A stretch of DNA of 64,000 bases from Paraphysomonas bandaiensis (Eukaryota; Protista; Chrysophyceae): the NCBI GenBank assembly GCA_965644295.1, contig CBFFRP010000414.1, positions 35,004-99,003 on the forward strand, in the 5' to 3' direction. A program made the translations under genes and the position numbers. This document shows, in pieces, positions 1 to 13,840 of the stretch (position 1 is the first letter of the stretch; each line of letters opens with the position of its first letter). The notes below the pieces were generated by a model. The model had not been told where the DNA came from. It was given only the letters and a program-made list of their open reading frames with translations, and did not search any database.

Positions 1-276
1 TCTTCCGTGTACGTATCATTATTATATAATTCTGTATTAAACTGCTTAAATACTACAAGATATTCTAGAAAAAAGGTTATAATATAATTTTAATGCATTG
101 TTCATTGAATTACCGAAGAGCATTAGAACTGTAGCTATATACTGTATTACATTCGTGCTAAACTATTTTCAACGAGGCAGCACGATATAGAGAGAATTTG
201 GCAAACCTCATGAGGTGTATATTATACAGATCTCTGCAATTACACCACTCATAAAACCATAATCTCCCACAAATGC

Positions 277-799
277 CTAAAACCCGTCATCATTGTCGAT
301 AATAGTGGTAGGAGGCTTCCATTTTATACCATACGCTCTCTCAAGCTGTCGCCACAGAACAAACATATTCTCTTTATACTTAGTCAAAGTGCGTTCAATC
401 ATCTGTGGGTCTTCGAGTTTCTACATGATTACTAAATGAGACCCGAGAACAACATCTTGAGGTGCAAAATTGATATTCCAATAAAAGAGTTTGTAACATG
501 CATAGTGAAAGATTATTTACCTGAGGTGCATTTTGTTGATAAAACTCTGTTAGCCATTCCACGTTTTTCATGTGCATCGCTCTCTTCTGATATACGCCAT
601 AGAAATACCATCCTCCAACCAACAATGCCAAGAGTAGAATTGTCATGCACACTTTGAATACTTGCCCTTTGAATTGTGCGGTCTCTTGTACACTCTCGTG
701 TTGTACGTTATCCACATTGATTACACCGCAGCTTTCATTTAGAGTAAACGTCAGAGTCGATTTAGTGGCCAATTCACGAGTGGAAGACTTCGAGGACAT
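277..799 (-). CDS. Small single-pass membrane protein, 2 exons (intron ~421-520), with a C-terminal 'FYQQNAP-K...TKYK..LWRQLERAYG' helical motif
   Basis: ORF 395..799 has a hydrophobic stretch (ILLLALLVGGWYFYGVY). A GT donor at 520 and an AG acceptor at 421 give in-frame KLEDPQMIERTLTKYKENMFVLWRQLERAYGIKWKPPTTIIDNDDGF*, with the stop at 277-279. Confidence 0.65.
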
Positions 800-913
800 C
801 GTTAAAATCTCCGAGGCACTCTCCTACACAGTACATTTGAGAATAAAAAGGGTTAAATAGTGTATACATTATTGAATGAATAACACAGAATATCAAATGA
901 ACTAAATATGAGA

Positions 914-3818
914 CTAATACCGCATCACGAAGTTTACCGATACAGGATTCCACGACGAATCTACCGAGGTCCTTTCAACCAATAACAAGCGTGGATACCC
1001 TGGCTCATAGCTAGGGGTGTAGTGGCCAGCTACGTTCACAGTACCACTATTGAAAGTGAGAGGCTCAATCAGAGGAGAAGAGTCGGTAGGGCGATGCTGA
1101 AAACAAACATGAACATGTTGGTTGTACGTTACATTTTGCTCGACTGCTTGTAATTAGGCAATAGAATACATATAGCTATCTATCAACCATTACATTCAGG
1201 TATATAACCCAACACAATTGACAGCTAAAAAGTCCAGTTACTCAAAGGAAAACATACCGTCACTACAGGCCCAATGTATTTTTTGTGCACGATAGTGCCA
1301 ACAGGATAGACCAGCTTCACATCGTCATCGGAAGGCCGATCACCACTGCTGTTGATGCACACGTATCCCACATCAGTAGAAAGAACATCTTCCCCAATAC
1401 TGAGCTGCGTTAACACAAACCAATTCAACCTCCAGGATTAAGCAGACTATATATACTAGCACCGTGACAAATATATATTACGCTGAAAGAGTATGTAGCA
1501 AATCAGTAAATCAGATAACGCACCGCGTACGCCAACACAGAATTTTCGTCGTCAATATCAATATAGTGCTTTGAGGACTCCAGTTCAGCAGCAGACAGCA
1601 CTGCACCTCCTACGTACAAAAACCTTTTCACGAAACATTCTCCAACAACAAAGCACATTGTAATATACCCCTTACAACAAGGCACCCACATAACACCGTT
1701 ATACGATACATAATTTAACGGTCCACAGTTGTTACCTTTTGATGCGTCCGTGTCACTGGCTGCTACTATTGGTACAGCCGCAAGCGCCTTGAAATCATAG
1801 CCGTTCACACCATCTTTTTCTGTAATACAACATTTTAATATCGAGAACGTATAGCAGAAATTGTTGCACATGCAGATGCACAATAAATCAAGAACAGCAA
1901 ACACTTCAATCAAAAAGCACAAGTGCAAGATGGCATCAGCAGTCCGAACCCACCAGTAGAGACGGACTTAGAGTGTAAGGAATCTGATGATCCTTTATCG
2001 ACAAGAGTGTACTCTTCGTCTTCAACATAACAAGAGAGCAAACACTTTTTTAGATCTCTCTGTGTACCACTGCCAGATTGGATAATACACGCCACATCTT
2101 TTACCTGTAGGAAATATAAACCGACATGAAAAAACACTACTCTAAAACACCAACGAACAAAAATATAATACGATATCATATACATAATGCCACATCTAAT
2201 TCGGCATTGCTGCTAAGGGGGGAAAACGTACATCCGAGATGCCAGCTATTGTCAGTTGACTCACGAGCGTACGCATAAGATCACTTTCGATGGAGCAGCT
2301 GTCGGACCCTATGAATATAGAATCAAGCTCACAGCGGAAAAATAATATTACGGCATTGGCTACACTAAAATATTTAAAACTTGAGATAACATTCCACAAC
2401 ATATAATCTATACTTCGTTGTCTGATACATGAACAATTGATAGCAAAATCGCGTTACTTACCCAGTCCGTATCCGGTACCCGGAGATCCCCCACTGCTAA
2501 TACACACCAGCCTATCAAACCCCATACTGTTAATCATTTTGGGCGACTTCCCAAGATTCGAAGTATGGTTAACTCGAGGCCGTTCGCACCGTACCAAGGA
2601 TACCTCGTATCCATGATTACTGGTATGAATGTAAACTACAACAGGGTCGGCCCCGTTCTTGGTACGCTTGTCCGCATTCTGCATCCACTCCTGAAGTATG
2701 GAATACATCGGTGTTGATGATGTTCCATCCGATAAAAGTGATGCCACCACAGCTAGCCCTCGGGTGAACACATTCCTTATATCCAACCCAGCACCCTTGG
2801 CAGCTGCTATGGACAGCCTCCTCTCCCGCATACCGTAGTAACCAGGGACCACGAGGGTCACGGATTCCTTTTTCGCTTTCTTTTTTTTCTTTTTCTTCTG
2901 ACTTACATCAGACGACTGTTGGGAAGAAGCGGCTTTAGAGCTCTTAAGTTTTCCCCGCCAGTAATGCAGTAGCAGGGCGAGGGCTTCATCAGGCTGAAGG
3001 ACTACTTTGTCCTCGCCTTGACTTGAATTCGACAATTCAATTTCGTGGTCATTCGTAGGTTCTGCATTATATGCACCCAACGACTTCGGAGTAGGACAAG
3101 CTGTGATAAAACGTGTGGGATATATAAGATCAACATCTGGGCTCTTCTGGGCACCACTTTCCGCATCATGTCCAAATAATATACCTGTCACACAAACGCC
3201 ATATATAGTTAGTTCGATACCTCCAAATATTAACAATAAGAACTCCTTTCGCTAATATATAATCAACATATCTAATATCGAGCTACATTCAATAATTCCA
3301 GAAGATAACAGCCTAACAACTTAGGTAATTTCATACCGTGTAGGTCGTCATTAGCATCATGCCCTTCCAATAAAAACTTATTTCCTTCTGGAGTGACTCC
3401 GACTGCTGCACTCACAGCTGATCGTATATTCGTGCACTTGAAATCAGTTTCCGACCAAACAGCAGCACATATTTTCTCTTCACTCAAATCAACCGTAAAG
3501 CAGTTATCACCAGTCAATTCCCCCTATATATACACATGTAATGTATATACACACATATATATACATAGCAGCCCATATAAACTAGTGACAAGCTTATAGC
3601 CAATCATATACAGGCTTAAGATTTTCTCTGTCATTCAGAGACATCCTTCTTCATCTTACCTTTAAATGTCCTGTGTTATTTAAGTGAGATAAGTTTATTC
3701 TCGGGGCACTCGAGCTGCAGCAACTACTCTGACAACTACTCGTTGATTGAGCCCATGTATTGGCACCTGCACTAAGGGGGAGATTAGAACCACCTGTAGA
3801 GGGGTTGGTAAGTGACAT
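914..3818 (-). CDS. Divergent Hsp70/actin-fold ATPase family protein, multi-exon
   Basis: VTLVVPGYYGMRERRLSIAAAKGAGLDIRNVFTRGLAVVA resembles the Hsp70 segment AVITVPAYF...AGLNVLRIINEPTAAA. VDLSEEKICAAVW sits where GIDLGTT..VAV is expected, and FLYVGGA resembles the adenosine-binding ILVGG. First exon MSLTNPSTGG... starts at 3818; last exon ends ...VNFVMRY* at 914. Confidence 0.6.
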
Positions 3819-4944
3819 TTCAATGATGTGATAATGTGTATTTATATTTCCAGTGAGTGTTATTGTGATTCCAAGATATGTATGTATATATTTATGAACT
3901 GTTCATAGTATGGTCAAACCTCTGTCTGATATATACACCAAGAAAACACCGAAAAACACTTAGAAACACCGAAAAGGGGTCTTTTATATGTGAATCAGAG
4001 TAAAAAAATACTCGATTTTTAAGATATTTCGTGTTAGAAATATAAAAAGTCTGTGTTTTTAGGAGGTGTTGTCTTATATTCCAGGAGTTCTAATCTTTCT
4101 TCGCTTCTACACCAACTCAGCAGAGTATTCGCTTATCTCAAAAGCCGGGATTTTTATTCCAAGTGGAGGTTTTGTGTGGACTGATTTACGGTGCTTTCCA
4201 ATAGACTTGTTATCAAAATATAAGATTTTTAGATTCCTTCACATAAAAACTCGTATCAGATGTCAAGATATCTCAACTGGATCTGGCTAACAGACAACAG
4301 AGCAGAGCTTGCAATCTACACAAGGCCATGTGACCCGACACCTGATGAGTGTTCATAAGTATATCTATGAAGAGTTTCTACATGTAACGACAATGATATG
4401 ATGCATCCTGATGCAACAATAGTCTCATATATAACTATAAACACATGTATCTATGCATGCAGAGCTTATGCACATACGTAACGGATTTTTGTTATGCGGT
4501 AATTAAGGATTAGATGGTGTTATCAACTTGACATCTTAAATGAGGCTGAAAGACAGTTCTGATAACTTCTTTGTGTATCAAACATTAAATAGTGTTAAAA
4601 AGCAATCAATTTATATGTATATACTGCAGAGCATTGATATTCATTACTGTATGCAGGCTGTGTTATGTTGCAACAAATGCCCTAAATAAGGCAGCTATAT
4701 TGATGGTCCATGCACTGCAAAAACTCATTATCACGTCATAAATGTACTATCTCTCTTCTGTTTATTCAGTTATTCCTCTGTCTTACAAAACTAAACTTAA
4801 CATCTCCCAGCGATAAGTAAAATAATCTATGTATGCCACACAGGGCGCTACTTTCTCTAAACGTACTTGTGAGTTCCATCAGACAGTATTATGGTAGCTA
4901 ATTCGAAATACACTGCTCTCCGTCATCTAAGTATGAGCATGAAG

Positions 4945-5350
4945 TACTCATTTCATAATCAACAGAACTACCGTGCTATTCGTTAGTAAGTTTTACTTGA
5001 GTAACAATATTATCAACCACGTCGCCACAGTGAGTCACTACAGTGTACTAACATGAGAAATACGCGTTTCTAATATATTTTCTCTAGATACGAATTCGGC
5101 TTAGGTAGCACGACGATGCGTATAACTAAGATACTAAGATATCATCCAAAGCAAGGTGTAGAAGTCATTTCATAGTCAACAGAACCACCGTGCTATCCGT
5201 TAGTAATTCTTACTTGTGCAACAAAATTTTCAACCACACCACTACAGTGGGACACTCCAATGTACTAACATGATATTTAGTACTGTATACGTATTTCTAA
5301 TACACTTTCTTTAGATACGAATTCGACTTAGATAACACCACAATGATGCC
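4945..5350. repeat. Degenerate ~215-bp tandem duplication downstream of the GT2 gene (also at ~8485-8890)
   Basis: TCATTTCATA(A/G)TCAACAGAAC(T/C)ACCGTGCTAT...TAGATACGAATTCG occurs twice, about 217-229 bp apart. Confidence 0.8.
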
Positions 5351-5486
5351 ACCTGGCATCATGACATTCAGTAAACATTACGGTACCAAGCTCTCGTGCA
5401 CTTATACATTCTATCCACAGAGAATAAGCGCTTCATTAACAACAAGCATGAAGTGTAAAATAATCGAAATTCAACGGAATCGGAAT

Positions 5487-7861
5487 TCAGTAGATTTTCA
5501 AAAATTTTAGCATTGTTCCCGCCAATATGGATTGTTGTGCCAGCGACGATAAGATGACGATAACACTCACAATGGCAAATACATACTCCGGTCGCGCGGG
5601 TCTTCCCAAGATATCCCCCAGACTTGGGAATAATAGCATGGCAATATCGGACACCTATGGAACATATAGCCAGTAAATGCAATTACTTTGCGAACAGTGG
5701 GCTAAATAACAAAATAACACATCTACATATAAATAATCGACATGTGCATAGGGCGCTGAGTTAGTATGCAGCTGTCGAGTATATGCAGTATGAGTCGAAT
5801 TCACACACTTACCAAAAATATATTAAGTCCGCAGACGACTAAGCTTACAAATATGCCCGTGGTGTTGTTGACATTGGTAATATTGCACGATACCATGATA
5901 CACACAAACTGGAGAATAAAGATCCCCACGGCGTACCATCTCGTCAACACATCGGGCTTTCCGAGTTCCGCTCTCGTGCTTTTCGCAAGCAGTGCCAGGT
6001 AGTTAAGAAATGCACCGGAAAAAATACCACCTGGTTGAGAACGCACGTTTGACCACGCCGTACTCAGCATTGATGCATCCACGCGAAAAGATGACCACAT
6101 TGTCAAGTCTGCGTCATGAAACTGAGCATTGTATGCACTCTTTGTACCTGTAAGTATGTGAGCCAGTATGTTTTATAACTGCTATGACAGTACAGAATCA
6201 GTGAGCAAAAATGATATACTAACCAGAGAGAAATGAGAGAAAACTGTACGCGAACGAGCATGCGTACAGTTGAGATGCTCTCCACAAGACCATGGTGTAA
6301 TTCCATTTAGCTGTATGAGGATTTAGTTTTCGAACAATACGGCACATACTGTCCGCCATAAAAGCCTGCAACACATACAATTATGCATGCATAGAATACC
6401 AATACACCACATGAATTGCAACATACATTAGTCATGCGCAGGATGAGGGCAGTCCACATCCAGAACATAGCCCGGTAAAGATTGCTCGACATAGGTAGCT
6501 CTCCCTTGAAACATATCTCCACAGGTACGATAATTACCCATGTGATGGAGAGCAAATTGCCCATCCAGTTCGTACAGTTAACTACGATGACTGTAGATAC
6601 AATCAATGGTCGCATGGGCTTGTGGCCAAGGTAGTTCTCGAGGCTTGCCTTTATATAATCATAAGGAATGACCACAAAGAATAAAACATGTCAACTATAT
6701 ATGGTGACTTGAGCATACACCCCTATCACTTCCACACAGAACTACATACAAAGCGTGCAATTACTTACCAGAGCTCCAGCGAGCACTATGAAGACGAACC
6801 ACAGCCAATAGAAACCTCCCATCGGACTAAAGCATGCCAAACCAAAGAGACCAACGATTATAGTAACAATCAAAAAGTGGATAATCTGTTTACTGAAGGC
6901 AGTACCCCAGAACAACTCCACAGCCCCAGTGCTCCAACGATACACAGCTTCCAAGTAGTCCTCTGTCTTTTTAGCAATGCCATAGGCCACAAAGCAGGGC
7001 ATTGATACAGTTGTGGAGTTAGACAAATACTTGTGAGAGGTACCGGTGTCTTCAATGCGTGAGGTTGTGGCAAACTGGAAATCAGCATTCGATATTTCCC
7101 TAGAATAATCAGGTTTATAGTGAGGGAATTATAGGGAAACAAAAGTCAGCGTAACATAGCGTCGTCGGAAGTATATACAACATTTCTACTATCAAAATAA
7201 AATTTACAAAATGCATGTACTCACCAAATCGCGTTGCTCCCGCTCGAAGTACAGACTTTGCCTGAATCACGTAACGCTTGCCAAACCGTATAGTACGACG
7301 CGTTTTTGTTGTCTAGAAAGTCCTCGTGCGTAACATTTGTGAAGTACTGAGGGTATTGAACTAGCATGCATAGTGGGGCATCAGCCTTGTGCTCTCCAAA
7401 CTTCTTCAGGGGTTTTCGAGTCTTCGCGTCAACGCTGAAGAAAGGCAGTGCATCATTGAAGAATATAGCCGGCTCTGCCAACATGTGTCGTGCATCCACA
7501 ACTGCAAGCAGGATTTGAGGAGGATTGGCGATCTCGTTGTCCTGCACGAATTGGACAGCCTTTGCACGCAGGAATTCCGCAAAAACATTCATTGCTCCGG
7601 CTTTACCCCTATTCATCTCCAGTAGTCGTAGCTTTGACACTGCTAAAGGCGGATTCTTAAGAATGCCTTGGTCTGCAATGGTAATGCTGGCAGATTTTTG
7701 GTGGAAAGGAACGACAGTTGCCAAATTGTTCTCAATTTTAATAACCTGAAACACAAAGTAAGATATTCACATTTGATAGGAAAAACATGAACATAAGACT
7801 CTGCCTCATCCTATGCGTATAAAGCTTAATCTGACTACGTATCATACCTTGTACGTATTTC
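5487..7861 (-). pseudogene. 5'-truncated duplicate of the GT2 cellulose-synthase-like gene (exon 2 to the end plus ~14 nt of exon 1)
   Basis: Copy of 9026-11400 lacking the promoter and almost all of exon 1. The junction ATG (7863-7861) is out of frame with the donor. Confidence 0.8.
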
Positions 7862-9025
7862 ATGCCATGTGACCCGACACCTGATGAGTGTTCATAAGTA
7901 TATCTATGAAGAGTTTCTACATGTAACGACAATGATATGATGCATCCTGATGCAACAATAGTCTCATATATAACCATAAACACATGTATCTATGCATGCA
8001 GAGCTTATGCACATACGTAACGGATTTTTGTTATGCGGTAATTAAGGATTAGATGGTGTTATCAACTTGACATCTTAAATGAGGCTGAAAGACAGTTCTG
8101 ATAACTTCTTTGTGTATCAAACATTAAATAGTGTTAAAAAGCAATCAATTTATATGTATATACTGCAGAGCATTGATATTCATTACTGTATGCAGGCTGT
8201 GTTATGTTGCAACAAATGCCCTAAATAAGGCAGCTATATTGATGGTCCATGCACTGCAAAAACTCATTATCACGTCATAAATGTACTATCTCTCTTCTGT
8301 TTATTCAGTTATTCCTCTGTCTTACAAAACTAAACTTAACATCTCCCAGCGATAAGTAAAATAATCTATGTATGCCACACAGGGCGCTACTTTCTCTAAA
8401 CGTACTTGTGAGTTCCATCAGACAGTATTATGGTAGCTAATTCGAAATACACTGCTCTCCGTCATCTAAGTATGAGCATGAAGTACTCATTTCATAATCA
8501 ACAGAACTACCGTGCTATTCGTTAGTAAGTTTTACTTGAGTAACAATATTATCAACCACGTCGCCACAGTGAGTCACTACAGTGTACTAACATGAGAAAT
8601 ACGCGTTTCTAATATATTTTCTCTAGATACGAATTCGGCTTAGGTAGCACGACGATGCGTATAACTAAGATACTAAGATATCATCCAAAGCAAGGTGTAG
8701 AAGTCATTTCATAGTCAACAGAACCACCGTGCTATCCGTTAGTAATTCTTACTTGTGCAACAAAATTTTCAACCACACCACTACAGTGGGACACTCCAAT
8801 GTACTAACATGATATTTAGTACTGTATACGTATTTCTAATACACTTTCTTTAGATACGAATTCGACTTAGATAACACCACAATGATGCCACCTGGCATCA
8901 TGACATTCAGTAAACATTACGGTACCAAGCTCTCGTGCACTTATACATTCTATCCACAGAGAATAAGCGCTTCATTAACAACAAGCATGAAGTGTAAAAT
9001 AATCGAAATTCAACGGAATCGGAAT

Positions 9026-12000
9026 TCAGTAGATTTTCAAAAATTTTAGCATTGTTCCCGCCAATATGGATTGTTGTGCCAGCGACGATAAGATGACGAT
9101 AACACTCACAATGGCAAATACATACTCCGGTCGCGCGGGTCTTCCCAAGATATCCCCCAGACTTGGGAATAATAGCATGGCAATATCGGACACCTATGGA
9201 ACATATAGCCAGTAAATGCAATTACTTTGCGAACAGTGGGCTAAATAACAAAATAACACATCTACATATAAATAATCGACATGTGCATAGGGCGCTGAGT
9301 TAGTATGCAGCTGTCGAGTATATGCAGTATGAGTCGAATTCACACACTTACCAAAAATATATTAAGTCCGCAGACGACTAAGCTTACAAATATGCCCGTG
9401 GTGTTGTTGACATTGGTAATATTGCACGATACCATGATACACACAAACTGGAGAATAAAGATCCCCACGGCGTACCATCTCGTCAACACATCGGGCTTTC
9501 CGAGTTCCGCTCTCGTGCTTTTCGCAAGCAGTGCCAGGTAGTTAAGAAATGCACCGGAAAAAATACCACCTGGTTGAGAACGCACGTTTGACCACGCCGT
9601 ACTCAGCATTGATGCATCCACGCGAAAAGATGACCACATTGTCAAGTCTGCGTCATGAAACTGAGCATTGTATGCACTCTTTGTACCTGTAAGTATGTGA
9701 GCCAGTATGTTTTATAACTGCTATGACAGTACAGAATCAGTGAGCAAAAATGATATACTAACCAGAGAGAAATGAGAGAAAACTGTACGCGAACGAGCAT
9801 GCGTACAGTTGAGATGCTCTCCACAAGACCATGGTGTAATTCCATTTAGCTGTATGAGGATTTAGTTTTCGAACAATACGGCACATACTGTCCGCCATAA
9901 AAGCCTGCAACACATACAATTATGCATGCATAGAATACCAATACACCACATGAATTGCAACATACATTAGTCATGCGCAGGATGAGGGCAGTCCACATCC
10001 AGAACATAGCCCGGTAAAGATTGCTCGACATAGGTAGCTCTCCCTTGAAACATATCTCCACAGGTACGATAATTACCCATGTGATGGAGAGCAAATTGCC
10101 CATCCAGTTCGTACAGTTAACTACGATGACTGTAGATACAATCAATGGTCGCATGGGCTTGTGGCCAAGGTAGTTCTCGAGGCTTGCCTTTATATAATCA
10201 TAAGGAATGACCACAAAGAATAAAACATGTCAACTATATATGGTGACTTGAGCATACACCCCTATCACTTCCACACAGAACTACATACAAAGCGTGCAAT
10301 TACTTACCAGAGCTCCAGCGAGCACTATGAAGACGAACCACAGCCAATAGAAACCTCCCATCGGACTAAAGCATGCCAAACCAAAGAGACCAACGATTAT
10401 AGTAACAATCAAAAAGTGGATAATCTGTTTACTGAAGGCAGTACCCCAGAACAACTCCACAGCCCCAGTGCTCCAACGATACACAGCTTCCAAGTAGTCC
10501 TCTGTCTTTTTAGCAATGCCATAGGCCACAAAGCAGGGCATTGATACAGTTGTGGAGTTAGACAAATACTTGTGAGAGGTACCGGTGTCTTCAATGCGTG
10601 AGGTTGTGGCAAACTGGAAATCAGCATTCGATATTTCCCTAGAATAATCAGGTTTATAGTGAGGGAATTATAGGGAAACAAAAGTCAGCGTAACATAGCG
10701 TCGTCGGAAGTATATACAACATTTCTACTATCAAAATAAAATTTACAAAATGCATGTACTCACCAAATCGCGTTGCTCCCGCTCGAAGTACAGACTTTGC
10801 CTGAATCACGTAACGCTTGCCAAACCGTATAGTACGACGCGTTTTTGTTGTCTAGAAAGTCCTCGTGCGTAACATTTGTGAAGTACTGAGGGTATTGAAC
10901 TAGCATGCATAGTGGGGCATCAGCCTTGTGCTCTCCAAACTTCTTCAGGGGTTTTCGAGTCTTCGCGTCAACGCTGAAGAAAGGCAGTGCATCATTGAAG
11001 AATATAGCCGGCTCTGCCAACATGTGTCGTGCATCCACAACTGCAAGCAGGATTTGAGGAGGATTGGCGATCTCGTTGTCCTGCACGAATTGGACAGCCT
11101 TTGCACGCAGGAATTCCGCAAAAACATTCATTGCTCCGGCTTTACCCCTATTCATCTCCAGTAGTCGTAGCTTTGACACTGCTAAAGGCGGATTCTTAAG
11201 AATGCCTTGGTCTGCAATGGTAATGCTGGCAGATTTTTGGTGGAAAGGAACGACAGTTGCCAAATTGTTCTCAATTTTAATAACCTGAAACACAAAGTAA
11301 GATATTCACATTTGATAGGAAAAACATGAACATAAGACTCTGCCTCATCCTATGCGTATAAAGCTTAATCTGACTACGTATCATACCTTGTACGTATTTC
11401 TTCTTGTTTCCAGAAGCTGATCCATGTAATCTCCGGTAGAAAGCGGTCGTGAAGACACAGCCTGGTACACAATTGCTCCGGGCTTAATTCGAGTAGTAAC
11501 GAATTGTGCTTGTGGTCCCGGGGGATCCGTGAATTTGTCGTACGGTAAGGGACGCAGTCTTGCCCGGCTCATGAACTGCCAATGAATATTCCAGTCCGGT
11601 AAATCTGCACGCTGCAGGATCCATCTGATTTCGATCAAATCGTCAGGGTTAATAGGACTAACAGGGTCTTCTGGATCAGAACACGGTGTGCCAGTGAAGG
11701 CATCATACAACTCAATCAAAAGCTGATGAACATCCACAATATCTTCCGAATCAAATATCTCTAAAAAGGGAGCTGCAAGGAAAAGACTATCAAGAGCCGA
11801 CGGGGTGTTCCGATAGTTATACGTCCACTCGCGGTCCTTCACCACCTCCAGCCAATGATGTAGGAATGATAACAGTGGGACGATATCGCCAACATTTACT
11901 GTCACTTCATCACGCACCGGAAAGAAGCCATTTTCGCCACTAGGGGTTGCACCTTTAGGTGATATGGACATGCTGCGCATTGGATTTTCAAAAGTAGAAA

Positions 12001-13144
12001 TAGAATCCTCGCGGGCAGCGGAGTGACTTGAATTTTCAGTGTGTCCTGAACTTTCTCTGGTCGAGACCTTAGGGAAGAATTCCTTCGACGAGTCAGCTGA
12101 AATACTGTTTGTCTTGTTACCTACACTTGACTCTTCAGTCCGACTTGCAGGGCTCTCAAGAACCATGGGTAGCGGGGTACTCCCTGCTATCTCTTCTGAA
12201 GTATATGCTGTAGCCGCCCGACTTCGAGGGTTGCGCAACATAGTTAAGTTTTTAAAATGCTGATTTGATTCCGTAGTTGAGCCATCCAGTCCATTTGGTA
12301 CGACGGTTTCCATTTTACTGATCCGTATATTATTATGTCCCCCCGCGGATATTTCGTCATACCTTTCAACCGTATAGGCACGAGAAGTGCGACGGGTTGG
12401 AGGATGCTGAGGGGTTTCCTGAGACACTTCCGGGGCCAGTTCTGCATTATTCCTCTGTTGAATACGTATACACAGCTGAACCATAGATGTTATGAATTTC
12501 ATCCAGGCAAGCCAAAGACGCTTTCGTTGTTCCTCGCCTTTAAGTCGTTTTTCATTGAGAATAGTATCCACGTAGAGGCCTCGTAGTGAGTGTCGTCCAG
12601 CACAAGTATTAAAAACTGTGCATGTTTTACCCAATAAACCACGCAAAAAAATCGCCTCGTCCTCTGATACGAATGGAGAGCAATTACCGATCACAATGTG
12701 ACCATGACAGCAAACAGATCGCGTTGACTCCAACTCAGTTGGTTTTCCACTAACCATTGGCAAACCTCGAAAAAATGTATTCACAGCATCCAAAAAGGCA
12801 ACAATTAATATCACCCATTCAATCGTACTCACACCTAATCCCCAATCATTTGGAAAGTTATCAGAATGAGAGCCTAATGCATATCGAAAGACGAGAGGAC
12901 CCAATACAGCCAATATGAATAAATTCAATAAAAATATGGATCTTTCTTTAAAAATTAACTTTTCATATTCTTCAGAAATAGTAATTTTTGAATCCGCAAA
13001 TAAAGAAACTTTTGGTGAACGTGAATTATATATATTTGGACCTGTAGATACGGGGGGTTGACCAGACTCCTCTGCATAGTATATCTCCGCATAATCAATG
13101 CCTTTAGGGGCTGTTTTACGGGTTATTTTAGCATGTCCTGCCAT
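9026..13144 (-). CDS. Processive GT2 glycosyltransferase (cellulose-synthase-like), multi-exon, multiple TM helices
   Basis: Two N-terminal TM segments, then SPFVSED (PxYNE-like), GKAGAMN (KAG motif), VVDARH (DxD position), VQYPQYF, SGSNAIW, RIED (TED position) and AYG...AVYRWSTG (QxxRW position), followed by several TM exons ending ...LKFLKIY* at 9026. Confidence 0.85.
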
Positions 13145-13840
13145 TGATAAAATGAGAAGTCAACTAAATTGTGTTTGATTTATAGGTAGATAGAGTTTGA
13201 ATTATGGGAAGACTCCATGATCGACTGGTTCGAGGAAGATCCACTCTCTATATACATACACGTACATACATACACGTACATGTACATACATACATACATA
13301 TCCACACCACACAAACATCTATACGAAAAATTCATCGGATCATTGAAATTACAAGACTACAATGTATCATACGGTATACTCTTCCTACACCCTTGAAAAC
13401 CCCAAGATTTTGCCTTTTAGTATCTATATTTCACAGTTTTTATATCCAAAAATATGATATTTTCTACTAGTATGGCATAGAAAATCTAGGCACAGTATAT
13501 GAAACGTTCATATGAGATAGACCCAAAAAAAAGTAACGGACTTATATATGTACGTATAAGTGTGTATATGTATGTATGTACGTACGTATAATGTGTGTAT
13601 GTCTATATATGTCTGTGTACCTATCTGTACATACACAGTGCATGTATATGTATGTCTATACAGCAGTGTATGTATATATACGTAGAGAGAGAGCGTGGGC
13701 TGGTGTGAGCGATAGGATACACATCAGCTCACTCCATCGTACTTCTAACACCACTCTACTAATCAATTATCCCTAAGAACGCCCATTCATTATCCACTAT
13801 ATGTCTCTATTCATACTCTAAGAAGAAAACACCCTTACTA

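Larger units (their letters stand above)
4325..11400. repeat. Tandem segmental duplication: unit A 4325-7861, unit B 7864-11400 (offset 3539, 2-nt 'AT' at the junction)
   Basis: Identical ORF sets at offset 3539. Identity starts at GCCATGTGACCCG and ends at TACGTATTTC. One substitution seen (T4436 vs C7975). Confidence 0.97.

Noticed and set aside
950-1040. tRNA-like stretch (CATAGCTAGGGG...TAGTGG)
   Set aside because: No T-arm or cloverleaf; it reads as the last exon of the minus-strand Hsp70-like gene.
5368-5682. 104-aa ORF (also 8907-9221) as a separate gene
   Set aside because: It overlaps the true last GT2 exon, which is in a different frame.
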